Positions 34,317-46,495 of a stretch of 64,000 bases of DNA are shown in pieces. The DNA is from Guillardia theta CCMP2712. Lineage: Eukaryota; Protista; Cryptophyta. The notes under the pieces were generated by a model. That model searched no databases. It worked only from the letters and a program-made list of their open reading frames with translations, and was not told the origin of the DNA. The stretch lies in assembly GCF_000315625.1 (NCBI RefSeq), contig NW_005434658.1:463139-527138 (forward strand). Direction: 5' to 3'. Within the stretch, counting starts at the first letter, position 1. Every line of letters begins with the position of its first letter. The position numbers and the translations under genes are program-made.

Positions 34317-35234
34317 CTACTCCTCGTCCTCGGCAGCATCACCGCCACCTCCTGCGTTCTTCCTCTTTACACGGCCAGGGCGTCCTCCTCCATGGGGAGA
34401 GGTGAGGGCAAACTCAATATGCTTCTCCTGCTCGACACGAACGAGGAAGGATGGGATGTTGACCATCTGGCGGCCGACACTGAAAATGAAATCAGTAACA
34501 GTGCAAGAAGCATCACCAACTCGTGAGGTACAGAAGATACAGAGAGAGCAAGAACAAATGGTCAAGTCGCACAAGGAGTACATTGCAACCAGAGAGAGGT
34601 CTTACCGGATGTGTCTCTGGCGGATGAGTACACGAGCATGGTGAAGGGACTTGGCAAGGTTCTGCTTGAAGACAAGAGTCTGGAGGCGACGGGACATGAT
34701 GTCCGACACTTTGATGGCGAGAACGTAATCCAACTCTTTCTTGTCCTCCTCCAAGAGACCGAGGCGAACGCATCTTCTGAGGAGAGCCTGTCCTTCGAAG
34801 ATACGCTTGGGGTTCTTCTCGTCAAGAGTGAGCAGCTCACGAGCGTTGGCACGCATCTTGGCGAGGAGGAGCTGAACGCGCCAAACCTCACGCTTGTTCT
34901 TGAGGCCGAACTCACCAACGATTTTCATCTCACTGTCAAGACGCTCCTTCTCGAAGGGACGCCTTGGAGTCTTCGAAGTCTTCGAATCTTCACAAGACAA
35001 GTCAGTAGAACGTCATAGATCGGACCAGGAGCAGGGAGATTCCAAAAGACACCATGACGCAGCCAACTCTCGTGCAACCTCACACACGCATGCAATCATC
35101 GAGATTTGAGTTTTTCGAGCTCAAAAGTTCAAGGCATCATTGAAGTGTGTGAAGACGTAGAGGAGAACGAAGGCAATATGGAGAGGAGCGAGCATTTCGG
35201 TCCTGCACTCACAGTTGGTGTACTTGCGCGGCAT
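34317..35234 (-). CDS. RPS9: 40S ribosomal protein S9 (uS4)
   Basis: '[12 protein letters not shown]', '[11 protein letters not shown]', 'RRLQTLVFK', '[15 protein letters not shown]', '[11 protein letters not shown]'. Confidence 0.98.
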
Positions 35235-35266
35235 GGCGGCGACGGCTTTCCTCCACGCACGAGGTG

Positions 35267-35296
35267 AAAAAAAAAAGGTAAAGACAGTTATGGACC
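35267..35296 (-). promoter_or_regulatory. GGTCCAT-N13-T10 putative ribosomal-protein promoter/TSS element
   Basis: Matches the RPS11 upstream layout. Confidence 0.6.
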
Positions 35297-36374
35297 GTTG
35301 AGTCGTTATTTGCAAGCCTGTCTGTAACTGTTTTCCTTCGCAATGCTTATAGTCAATATTCTCAATACGACCCCCCAAAGTCCTCTGAAATAGGGGTGGT
35401 CGCTAATTGGACCTGTCAGGTTGCTAATTTTTATCAAAGTTCTTCCAGTAAGTTTAGAAATTGAGTGGAATCATGTAATTTTTATGATCCCATTTGTGAA
35501 AGCACTGATTATTCTGCTTGTAAACCCCTATAGTCAAGAGGCGGCACGTTCCCACCCCACTCCCACCCCTCCAAATTATTAGACTACCCCTTCTTTGAAC
35601 AAATTCATATACCCCCACCATCTTTTGCCCCAGTTTTGAGACGGTGGGGTTATGTGGAATTTGTCATCTGTAGGGTGGGTGCATTTCACAGTTGGAATAT
35701 ATCGGGTACTTTTACTAATTGACATTTGGAAATAGTACGGTGGGTCATCAAATTTCGGGGTTGTTGGCACACCAGACAAGCTGGGGTATGGCGAGCGATA
35801 GGTAGGTGGGGTTGTTGGGGTGGGATGAAAGAAGGCAGGGGGCCGCCTCAGCAATGCAGGGAGGGGTTGAGCAGAGGAGGGAAGAGAGGTAGTGACTATG
35901 GCGATAGAGAGGAGTATTAAACCATGCCCATGACAGCAAATGAGTTCTTTCTTGATGATGGCTATGGATCATTCAGGACGAGATGGTCTGATTGTCGTAG
36001 GTAGCAGCGAGGAAAGATCGAAGTAACAAAGAAATTGCTTCTGTAACAGGATTTCTTGCTTGACACGGAATCTCGATAGCGTTCTTGGTCTCAGTTTGAT
36101 CTGTGTTTCCATTCTGCTACTGTTCCTGGCTGTGAATGTATTGGAGGAGTTATGGTGATTGAGAGGATTGAGAGGAAGATGCTGTTGTGTTGAACCATCT
36201 CGAACGCTCGTGTCACGAGATGTCTCGGTTGGTCTCTATCGTCTGTTCACGCATTCGTCTGTTGACTCTCGTTGCTTCCATGGCATCGCTCCATGCTGTC
36301 ATGACCTTGTCCCCGCATGGGCTGCACGGACCAACTGGCGTCCCCTTCTGACATCTTTTCCCAGTTCGAGCAGG

Positions 36375-38145
36375 ATGACAGGCAGGCGTTTCCACCTCAG
36401 TCTGCTGGCCTGTGCCTTCCTCCCTCTTTGTATAGCTCAGTATGGACGAGGAGGATATGGCGGATATGGTGGCGGTGCCGGTGCCGGTGGCGCTGGGATG
36501 TATGGAGGAGGAGGAGCTGGCAATGCGGTTGCAAGGCCAGGAGGCGACAGCTCTCTGGATGACAGTGTGCGCTTGTTCTTGCAGCTCGATCAAGATGGTA
36601 TGACTTGTTCGTGCGTGTTGCCAAATGACAAGTGAGAGGATGATCACTGCGAGTGAGGAGTTGGTCATAGCTGGATGTGTCGTTGTGGTGAAATCAGCGG
36701 TGATTGGGGATGTGGATGTGGATGGGGATGGGGATGGGGATGAGGATGAGGATGAATAGCATGAGAGTAGTGAACTGGATAAATGCAATTATGGTGATGA
36801 TATATAGGTGATGGACATCTGGATGCTCACGAGCTTCCTCCTGCGCTTTACGGTCTCTTGAACTACGACACCAACGGCGATGGTCGAATCAGCGCGGCGG
36901 AATATTTGGGTGCCTTACGACAGGTTCAGCTTGAGATGTCATTGGACCATCAGTAAGTTGCAAGAGAGAGATCCCTATATTTCTTGATGACGATGACAAT
37001 GATTGATGGTGAAAATGAGATGTGCTGTATGTTCATATTCGCACAACCTACTAGGTGCGTTGGTATTAGCCCATTGCCGACGTTACATTCCATGTTGTGC
37101 AACAATTATGCTCCGTTTAGCATGCGTTAGCGCCCTGATAACGTGTTAGCGCAATGCATACTGCCATCGATGATGCAGCGATGAATGCTCATGGTCGATG
37201 AACTTGCGAAAGGACAACAATCGTATCGTGTCAATCGAACTACCGCTACCTCCTCCTGGTGAACCCTTGACGGATTGAAACAGGTGCCGTCAGCAGTATG
37301 GTCCCAACGCAGAGTTCGATGGAGTAGATGCTTGCCGTTGCAAGCAGGGCTTCATCAACGATGGGGGAAGATGTGTCGTCGACACTTATGGCATCGGACA
37401 CCAGTGAGGACCTCCTCTCAACCTCCTTCCTCCCCTTCCTCCCTCCTCCTCGTCCGCTCTCTCGATCGCTCGCTCTGACGTCATTCTGTACAGGGCTCAG
37501 GCTTCGTGCAGCTACATGGAAGCAGGAGCTGTTGTGGAGTTGTCGGACGCGACGTTCCTGCAGATGCTTCAGGAGGGAGGAACATGGATCGTGATGTTCT
37601 ACGCGCCGTGGTGTTCGCACTGCATGCAAGCCAAACCCGCATACGAGCAGGCGGCACTTGAGTACGCACAGACTGCAGCGATGGCCGACTACCATCGTGC
37701 TCAGCAGGGCCTGCCACCAGGTAAGGGATAGCGCGGAGGGGAGAAAGAGACAAGGGGGTTAGGGGCTTGCAGGCGGCTACCAGGAGGTTCAGTTTGCTAT
37801 GTTGGATGGAGATCATTACAGCAACATCGTGAAACATGAGGGAATCCGAGGATTCCCGACCATCCGCCTGTACAGTGGAGTGAGTTTATCCAACCACATC
37901 CCCATCACCTCCTTCTTTGCTCTTGCTACCTCTCTTGATCGTTGTCCACTTCCTCTGTTGCCTACCTCTTCATCATCGAGGGAACTGACGATGAGCAGGG
38001 AAGGATGGTGAAGGACTACAAGGGTGATCGTACAGTTGAAGACTTCCTCTCCTTTGCTGCTGGCCTCCCTCAGGGTGCTCATCACGAGGCCGAGGGTATG
38101 GATGCTCAGGTACGGTTCTAGGGGGAGGGTGTTGCTGTTGCTGCT

Positions 38146-38188
<43 letters not shown>

Positions 38189-38861
38189 CCTTGGATGGTG
38201 TATCTCTGAAGTCATTATGGCAGTGCAAGATGGCGTACGGGGCAGGAGCAGAATTCGATGGAGAGATGTGCGACTGCCGCCCTGGTCAAAGTGCTTGCCG
38301 TGCTGAGGTTGGTCATGTGACGGCTCTCTAGGTTTCAGGAACGTCAACGGACGTTGCGTGCCGGTTGAAAAACCAAAGAGAAAGGTGAGCTGTGTGACCA
38401 TTTCTCTACTCGCCTGCTTGTTCCTAGTCTACTTCCTCACCGTCTCCTTCGTGCTCATCTTCTCACGTTTCCTCAGGCGCGAGCTCCTACCAAGCATCGC
38501 TCATACGACGAGGCAGCCGTCTACAGTGGTACTTCGAGTTCTCCCTTGCTGGAGAAGTTCCTGACCCTCCCCAGGTGCTCGCGGTGTCGACGCCATGAAC
38601 TCAGCCTGGCGCAAGCAGGCGACCAAGGCGGTTCAGAACGACGAGGTTGGAGGAGAGAAGAGCGATGGGCCTTGCTCACGTAGGTTGGCAGGTGAACTAC
38701 AACCGCCTCTGCCAGCAGGAGTTTGGCATCGGCGCTGAGTTTGATGGAGAGATGTGCACGTGCAGGTCAGCAGCTGATGTGATCAGTTGAGAGCCGCTGA
38801 CACGACAGGCAGGGCTGGCTATGTGAACAGGAACGGACGTTGCGCTCGCGTGAGCTACTGA
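36375..38861 (+). CDS. Secreted protein: Gly-rich segment, EF-hand pair, thioredoxin (WCSHC) domain and three 4-Cys repeats
   Basis: Signal peptide; EF loops DQDGDGHLDAHE and DTNGDGRISAAE; 'VMFYAPWCSHC', 'IRGFPTI'; repeats CxxxYGxxAEFDG..CxC..GF....GRC. The halves join in phase via GTAAGT(36953)...ACAG(37283). Confidence 0.75.
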
Positions 38862-39194
38862 AGAATGAGAGAGGAGGAGAAATCCAGACGAGCAGATGTT
38901 GAAAGAGTAGACGATGGAGGGGCTGATGGGTTGGGTTTGAGTTTTAGGAGTTCTATGTGATTATTCAATCTTCCGCTGAAATGGATCGTTGAGAATGAAT
39001 GATGAATTGCTGAGAACTGAAGTGTATCTCCCTCCCCTCTTCCTTTCGTCCTTCCCTCCCTCCTTCCCTTCGTTCCTCACTCACTCACTCACTCACTCAC
39101 TCACTCACTCTCATCTTATGTTCTGCGCCTTGCCTCCTCCTCCCCACTACCATCATCAGCCTCATCACTTCATTACAACTGCGTCTTACAAGCT

Positions 39195-40996
39195 TCAGAG
39201 CTCTTCCTCCCTTTCAAGAACGTGAGTACTTGCAAGAATGGAAGACTTCCTGCCGTTACCTTTCGTCCTTTTCGCTACTCCACGCAGGCAGACCGTACTG
39301 ATTATCTGTCAGCAGGCCCTTGTCCTCCTCCTCTCCATCACCTGCACTTTCAGCCAGCTTCCTGCCCAATGGTGGATCGCAAAGGAGCAAGGCTTCAACG
39401 CCTCTTCCGTCATCCTGCTTCGTCGTCACAATCTTGTTGCTGCCTGCCAGCGATCCTCACCTCTTTCTGGTCGACAAGTCCGCCGAGATCACGCCTGCAG
39501 CAGGAGAGGTTCAGGGAGGAACAGATGAGATGTGCCACAGACTGTTGGGAAGGGCAAAGAAGAAATCGATCGGCAGGACCGCAACGAAGCCATAATCTTC
39601 ATCCCCCTCCTCCTCTGACTGAGAGTGCTTCGCCTCTATCTCTCGCATCGCCCGAGCAAAGACGCGCGTGAAACGCCCTGGGCCACTGGCAGAGACATCA
39701 GCAACTTGTTTGAGGGAGGGACACCAGGATGGTGAAGCACAGGAACCTCGCAGTGATAGTTGGCATGCCCACCCAGTTCAACCTTGCTGCTGCTCCTGCG
39801 TTCAACGACAGTCATCACAACATCCCTAGCAGCATAAGAAACCCTCGGTGGTTTCGGTAGCATCTCCCGCGTGAAGTCAAGAAGCAGGAGGAGGACCAGG
39901 ACCACGGCAAGAATGGTGACGAGGAGGATGAAGAGGAGCACGAGGACGAGCACGAGGACGAGCACGAGGACGAGGAGCACTAGCAGGACGAGGAGGAAGA
40001 AACGAAATTGCAGCAAGTTACCGATAGCTGGCAGTTTCTTATCCTGATCCATGAGCAGCTTCTTAAGGATGGGATGCTTCTTCCTGTGCACGTCCCAGCT
40101 CACGACCAACTGCGCACGTTCCCCTTCCCGTCACCTTGCAGCGAAGATACCGTTGCTTATCTCCATGGCCCCCACATTGCTCAGTCCAGCATAGAAGTCC
40201 AGGTGGTCGTGCAGCACGTCGAAACTCTGCGGCGCCTCAGTGGCGCTTCGCCCGCGTGCTCGTCACCTTGAGGCACTCGAAGTCGATGTCGATGTAAAGA
40301 CCCCCGAACCTCCAGACCACCTGCCACCCACGTGCAGCAGGTCAGGAGGAGGAGATTGACGTCATCGCCCCTCTCACCTCCAGGCGCAGCAGATCCGACT
40401 TCGCTCCCAGGTTGGGAGCGTTCTTGTAGGCCTCGGGGTTCAGCATTGCGAGCTCCTCTACGTCCTCCTCCGTCCAGAGGATGTGCTGCCATTCTGGATG
40501 GAGATCGATCCAGGTATTGCGCCATGCCAGGAACTGCTCTGGAATGTTTCCCCCCAACCAAATCTTGTCACAACAACCGTAAGACTCTCTTGGACCGGGA
40601 GGAAACGCATGTCAAGATGGAGGCTGAGGCTACCTGGTGGATGATTCTTGGGATTCGGGGACTGGCTGTCTCCTTGCTGGGGGATCCGGGGCTTTCACCC
40701 CCCACTGGTGACTGCATGCTCATTCGCTTCCTCACGTTCTCCTCGTACAACCCTCGCATCGTCTTCCAACAGAAGTCCTCGTCATCTTCGAACCACCAAC
40801 CCCACTGCATCTTCCGATTCCCCATCGTTGATTCAAAGTCCGGGAAGGCATAGGACAGAGGGGCATAGTTCAGGTCTGCCTCTCCTCCTCCTCCTCCTGA
40901 TCCTCCTCCTGATCCTCCTCCTCCTCCTCCTGATCCCCCGGCTCCTCCCAACAGAATCGCCAATGCTGTCATGACAAGCCTTGAATCTCGCGCCAT
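39195..40996 (-). CDS. GT32 (OCH1/SUR1-like, DxD) glycosyltransferase
   Basis: 'IPRIIHQ-IWLG', 'LHPEWQHILWT', 'KSDLLRLE', 'GGLYIDIDFECL', 'TTGPG', 'AIHHWAGSW'; predicted C-terminus EEEL. Confidence 0.88.
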
Positions 40997-41009
40997 TTCC
41001 TGATCAAGC

Positions 41010-41750
41010 ACAGATCATGGCCCTCATCCCCACCTTTGGCGGCGACTTCCGAACTGCTTCCCGAGTGCGTCCAGACTGCTGAGTCAAGTTCCCGCCGTAG
41101 GTTACCAGCCGCTGAGCTGTTCGATGACGCGGCGATGGCACATGAGTCCCGGAGTCCGATGACGGGAGTCGGATCATGCGACGGAGGCCCGGGCCGGGGG
41201 GGGGGGGGGGGCGCGGGGCGCGGGGCTCTCTACCGGGCACTCGGAGGCTCCGACCCCGGCTGGTCGGAGGGCCGCTCCCGGGCTGGGCCCGCCGGGCCCG
41301 GCGCCGATCGAACGGGCCGGCCATATTGTTATGACGGGGCCCGGTAAGGGCCCAGCCCCGCCGACGGTGGCGGCCGAGCCTGAAGAGAACTGAGTCACAC
41401 TGAATCACGAGTCAGAGCGATGCATCATCTCGGACTCCGTCCGGCGGCCGGGCGGCTGGTCAAGTTCAAGGCCCGGCCAGAGAGAAGGCCCGGCCCTTGA
41501 CTCAGATCATCGGAATCATTGAACCCCGCAGTCCGGGGGCAGGGGCGTCGGTCACGGTCCTAGCCTGGCCAGCGGCTTGCGCCGGGCACTGAGCCGCTGG
41601 CACTCCGAGGCTCAGTGTGCCACCCGGTCACGCCATTGCGGCCATCACTGAGTCATCCGGTGCGGTCGGAACCCTCAGTGACTCAGTATACTGCGGCCTG
41701 ACCGTTGAACCCTTTTAGAAACCCTAAAACCTTAACTGCCCGGAGCGAAG
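41010..41750. other. GC-rich intergenic island with G16 run in a divergent promoter region
   Basis: G run at 41196-41211; many TGAGTCA/TGACTCA and CCGG words. Confidence 0.6.
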
Positions 41751-41953
41751 GGGGCAGAATTGACCGGATGAGACAGCCTCGTACCCCACCTACCATTTTA
41801 TACCACTCATATGGTTGATTGTAAACCCTCATACCCCCAAGTTTACTCTGCAGTACCCCCACCTTTTTCCATGTCGGGTACTCTCGTTGATTTGAGTACC
41901 CTCACCCACCTTCCGGTAGTTGACACTGCTGGTTGACTCGGAATGCTCAGTTG

Positions 41954-44188
41954 ATGTCGCAGGGGTCCGAAGATTCGGTGAGCGACGGTGGCGGCGGCGC
42001 AGCCAGGAGGCCCCAAGGAGCAGGGAATGGAGGAGAGGACCATGGCAGAGAGAAGAGTGCTCGAGCAAGCGAGCATGGCAGCATGAGCTCGAGATCCAAT
42101 GGAGCGAAGAGCCCCAAGTCAAGGATTGAAGCAGCTCTTATCAGCCGAGCTGTTGACCTTCATGCTAGTCCGCTGAAGAGGAGGATCGCCAGCCCTGAGC
42201 GAGTGAAGGCACAAAGTGCAGCCCGAGTCTCAGAGGAGGGAGAAGATTCTCCGGATCAAGGCGACGAGGGCTACATGTGGCCCCTCCTGGGCAGCAAGCA
42301 TTCACAGGATGAAATATCTGAGCATTTCTGGGGCGATGCTGTGAGGAGAATGCACTTGTTGGAGCAGGAAAACCGAGAGAAGACGTTTGAAAAGGCCAAG
42401 AATTTGTTTGAGGCCCACGCGAGGAAAGAATCCAACCACCCCCGCAGTCAGGAGCCATTCCTGCCTAAACTGAAACTTCATGGACTGAATCGTAACAAAT
42501 CCATCAGTTTAGAATCCTTAATCACTCCCAGGGGCGTGAACGTCGCGAAAATGCAGAGGCTTGTATCGGCAGACACTTCGTTCGAGTCGCAGACAAGGTA
42601 ACCTGTACGTTTCCTGGTCACGTCAACTTAACGACTTCGGACGGTCAGTTCGAATGATTTTCGTGCTTCGATGTCTCAAAAGTGGACTCAACCCATGAAG
42701 ACCGCGAGAACATTTCGGGAGCTGAAGGAGGAAGACCAAGAAGCAATGTCGACACTGGTGAGATGAGACAGGATGAAAGATCGCAGCCGATGGGCCTTGA
42801 CTTGACAACATTCGCAGCTCAGGTCCAGTTTGCGCAACCTTTCTTCAGTCAACCTGCAGCTGAAAAGAGAGGTCCTTGCAAACTGCTCAACGTCTTGCTC
42901 TGTTGTGACATCTCTCGATCAGCACATTCGGCTCCACTCCGTCATCCTGAAAAGCCCTGAGACCGATTGCTCGGAGTACTTTGCGGACTCGCGATCGTGC
43001 TTGCGGGATGTGAGTTGATTTGACATGTTGGCGGGTGGTCCCTGCGGCCGGCCATTGACTTTCTTGGTTGGGATAGACGAAGATGTTGATACAGAAGCTG
43101 AACCAAGGCTTGCGCGACATGCTGGAGCTCGACAAGGAGGAGATGATGTACGATAGCTGCTACTGGCCAGAGGTGAACAAGACCGTTGGTGTGGTCTCGA
43201 AGGTTCGCCCTGCCTGTGCTGACCTGAGCCTGACCTGTCTCGACAGGTTCCATCGATCATGAGAGAGAAGCTCATCAGTCAGGCGATCAACAGAGATGCT
43301 TCCTGCAAGTGAGACCCTCCCACATGTCGACCTGACGTTCCGGTGGTGACAAGATGGTACGGTAGGATGAGTATCGTGCGGAGGGTGCAGCAGGAGGCTT
43401 CAGTGAGGGAAAGCGCATTGAAGAAGTTGTTGAAGTCGGAAGGAGAGATGTCTGCTGAGGTGATGATGGGCTTTCTGATTGTCGACTGGTTTGCTCGCTC
43501 CTCTCATGCGATGAGCAGGAAAAACGCAAGCAGATGTTGAGGAACAAGAGCAGAGAAAAGGCATGGGAACTTTTAGTTTGATGCGAGAGGGCAGGGCTGT
43601 GACTGTAGTGCAGGAGTTGATCAAGCTGAAGAAGACTTGGCTTACAGTCTTGACCTCCACTCGCTCAATCAGTACGCTCGTTGACTGTTGCTTGTCGAGT
43701 GGGCAGTGAATGGCTGTCAGAAATCTTCTCGAACATCTTCAGGATACGAAAAGCGATCTCGATTCTGGTAAGGCCGGGTCATGGTCTTGACCGAATTCTC
43801 AAAGAGCCTGCATGCAGCAATGTCGGAGCGCCAGGATGATTCAAAGATTGATGAGGAATACGACGAGGAACATCTGAGGGGGTCTAGTGAATGCTAGCTG
43901 CAGGTCAAAATTTCGATGGAGAGAGAGGAGAGTGGCGAAGCAGAGGTAACGTGCATTTTCGCACAAGTCAAGAGGGGTTGAAGCGTGCTGGCAGAGTCCA
44001 GCGGTGGCTCTACCGATGCATCTTATCGAAAAGATGGCAGAAGCTTCGCACGATGGTACTTGTGACGTTTGAACTATGTCATGTGATTTTGAGTTGCTGT
44101 CTGCAGAACATGGACATCATATCTGCATTCTTGCAGGTACTTGCAGCAGCAGAAATCTACATTCACCCTGGGGATTATTATTATCATT

Positions 44189-44273
<85 letters not shown>

Positions 44274-46343
44274 CTGATTGATTGGACGATGCTGATCGCT
44301 ACCATGACAACCTGACGTTATGGCCCTGCCCTCTCTCGCACTCTGCTCAGGAGGTCAAGCGATCTCGCGGCTTCTGCCTGCAGGTGGACGAGCTTGAAAC
44401 TCGTCACAAAGTTGGTCGTGAGGGGAGCGGCAGGTGCGGCGATACCTGCAGAGGGTGAGGAAGATTCAAAGGGCCATGAAGGAATTTCTTGAGTCGACTC
44501 GGTGACGCAGCGCAAGGTCAGGCCATGGAACGTGTAGGGCTGATGGGCAAACATGGCAGGGAGACCAGGAGGCTTCACTTGCACTGCGTCGACTTGTACG
44601 AGAAGAACTTCATCATCCGGACTCTGAAATCTGTAGCCTCCAACTCCACCTCCACCTCTCCTCTGCTTCCTCATCCTCTTTCCTCCCCTCCTTTCTTCTT
44701 TCTCCTTGTCCTCTTTGTCCTTGTCTTCCTCCTCTTCTCTTCACTTCTCTTCTTCCTCCACACCACCCCCTTCCCCCCTCCCCCAACCTAGCCCTTCCTT
44801 CTCCTGCTTCTGAGGCTCCTCCTCCACCACCACCAACGCCACCACCGCCGCCACCACCTCCTCCCCTCCCTTAGCCCCTGTGCTGGTCTCCTCACTTCTT
44901 TTCAATTCTCCCACTCCTCCGCGTCCTTGTCTTCTTGTCCTGCTGCAGCCATCGATTCAGCCCCCACTGACTTTGTACATCGATCAGGCACATGAGCTCT
45001 TCAACCCAGGGGTAAAATTCGAGCATCCCAAGTCCTCGGAGGTGAAATCGTTGAAGATCGAAAGGTGCGAAAGATTGAACAAGCAGCACTTGTTTGTACT
45101 GGATGGCTTTCATGCTATTTCCTCGTATCTTGCTTGCTTGTTCCTATTTTCCTGTTTTCAGTGTTTGATCATGACGATTCTCATCGTCGATTCACTCTTC
45201 CACTTCTCTTCTCAACCTTTGGCTACACCATCGTAATCATTATCTGATCGCTTATTTCGTTCCACAGGGAGGTCAAAGAAGACTTCATTCGCAAGGTTAC
45301 AGACATCCAACAAGTCTGTCTCACTGCTCACTTCCGCTACCAGCGTCTCAAACTCAAACGAAAGGAATACATTCTGGCTTCCCAGCACTATGACGCGCAG
45401 GTCAGTTGGAGGAGGAGGAGGAGGAGGAGGAGGAGGAGGAGGAGGAGGAGGAGGTGGTGGTGGTGGTGGTGATGTTGGCAGTGGCGCAGGATTGTTGCAA
45501 GACTCATTTCATTTCAGGTTTCCATCTGGAAAGACAAGCTCATGCAGGTTGAAGGAGGGACGTCGGAGGTAGATGGCTGAGAAGCCAGCAGGTCATGTTG
45601 TTTCGAGACGCCATGAGCGACTGGTTCGCAAACGGAGAAGTGAGTCTTGCCCCACATCTCCTCCCCTCCATGCTTGCAGCCCATGCACGTTGCTGCCTTT
45701 CCTGTACCTTCTCTCTCCTTGTTTTCTTTCCTTCACCGGAGGCGTCCTCTCCTCTTGCTGCTTCCAGCCCTTCTCGTCTCCTGCTCTCACATGCTGGGTT
45801 GCATTTGCTGCTTCGCTATTCAGAAGCTTCTTTGTCCTCTCTCTCTCATTTCAGTATCGCAGTATGATCAGCAAAAGGTGCACCAGCTCCAAACAGGTTT
45901 CACTTCCTCCCGTTCCCTCCCTCTCCCTCCCTCCTCTCCCTCCCTCCCTCCCTCCTCTACCTCCCTCCCTCCCTCCCTCCCTCCCTCCCTCCTTCCCTCC
46001 CTCCTTCCCTAGCTGCCATCTCTCATTCTCTTCCTCTTGCTCCAGGAATCTTCGGGCCTGCCATGGCGAGCAAGACCATGGGGCTGGAAAATCCAACTCG
46101 TCCTGTCCGACCCATCTGGACAGGTGAGGGCGGCAAGAGGAGGAGGAGCGCTGACAGGAGAGCAGGCTGTTACGCTCTCAGTGAGGAGGAAGCATGTGAA
46201 ATGCTGCGAGAATGCAATCGAACAGCAGGGAGCACACGCATGAGGTCAGGTTCTCTCCTCCTCTTCCTCCTTCTCTGACAAACCCTGGCAGACGCGCGTT
46301 GTTCCCCGAGGCAAGGATGCAGTTTTTGGAGGAGAGCGCATGA
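41954..46343 (+). CDS. Large hypothetical helical/coiled-coil protein (many exons)
   Basis: About 215-aa first exon followed by a consistent series of GT-AG-bounded exons; no family recognised. Confidence 0.6.
44189..44273. repeat. (GAT)n microsatellite, intronic
   Basis: Directly visible tandem repeat. Confidence 0.95.
45408..45470. repeat. (GGA)n(GGT)n microsatellite, intronic
   Basis: Directly visible tandem repeat. Confidence 0.9.
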
Positions 46344-46495
46344 AGACCCTTGACTGCAAACCTCCCTTCCTCCCTCTCTCCACCACCACTACCTCCTCCT
46401 CCTCCTCCTCCTCCTCCTCTATTGCCACCCCTCCTCCTTTGCTTCTTCTCCCCTCCTCCCATGCCCTTCGCGCTCGCTCTCCCTGCTCATGTATT

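Noticed and set aside
41707-41736. Telomere-like AAACCCTAAAA sequence
   Set aside because: A single degenerate unit, at most a telo-box; not an array.
43891-44305. Poly-Asp and poly-His ORFs
   Set aside because: Translation of an intronic (GAT)n tract.
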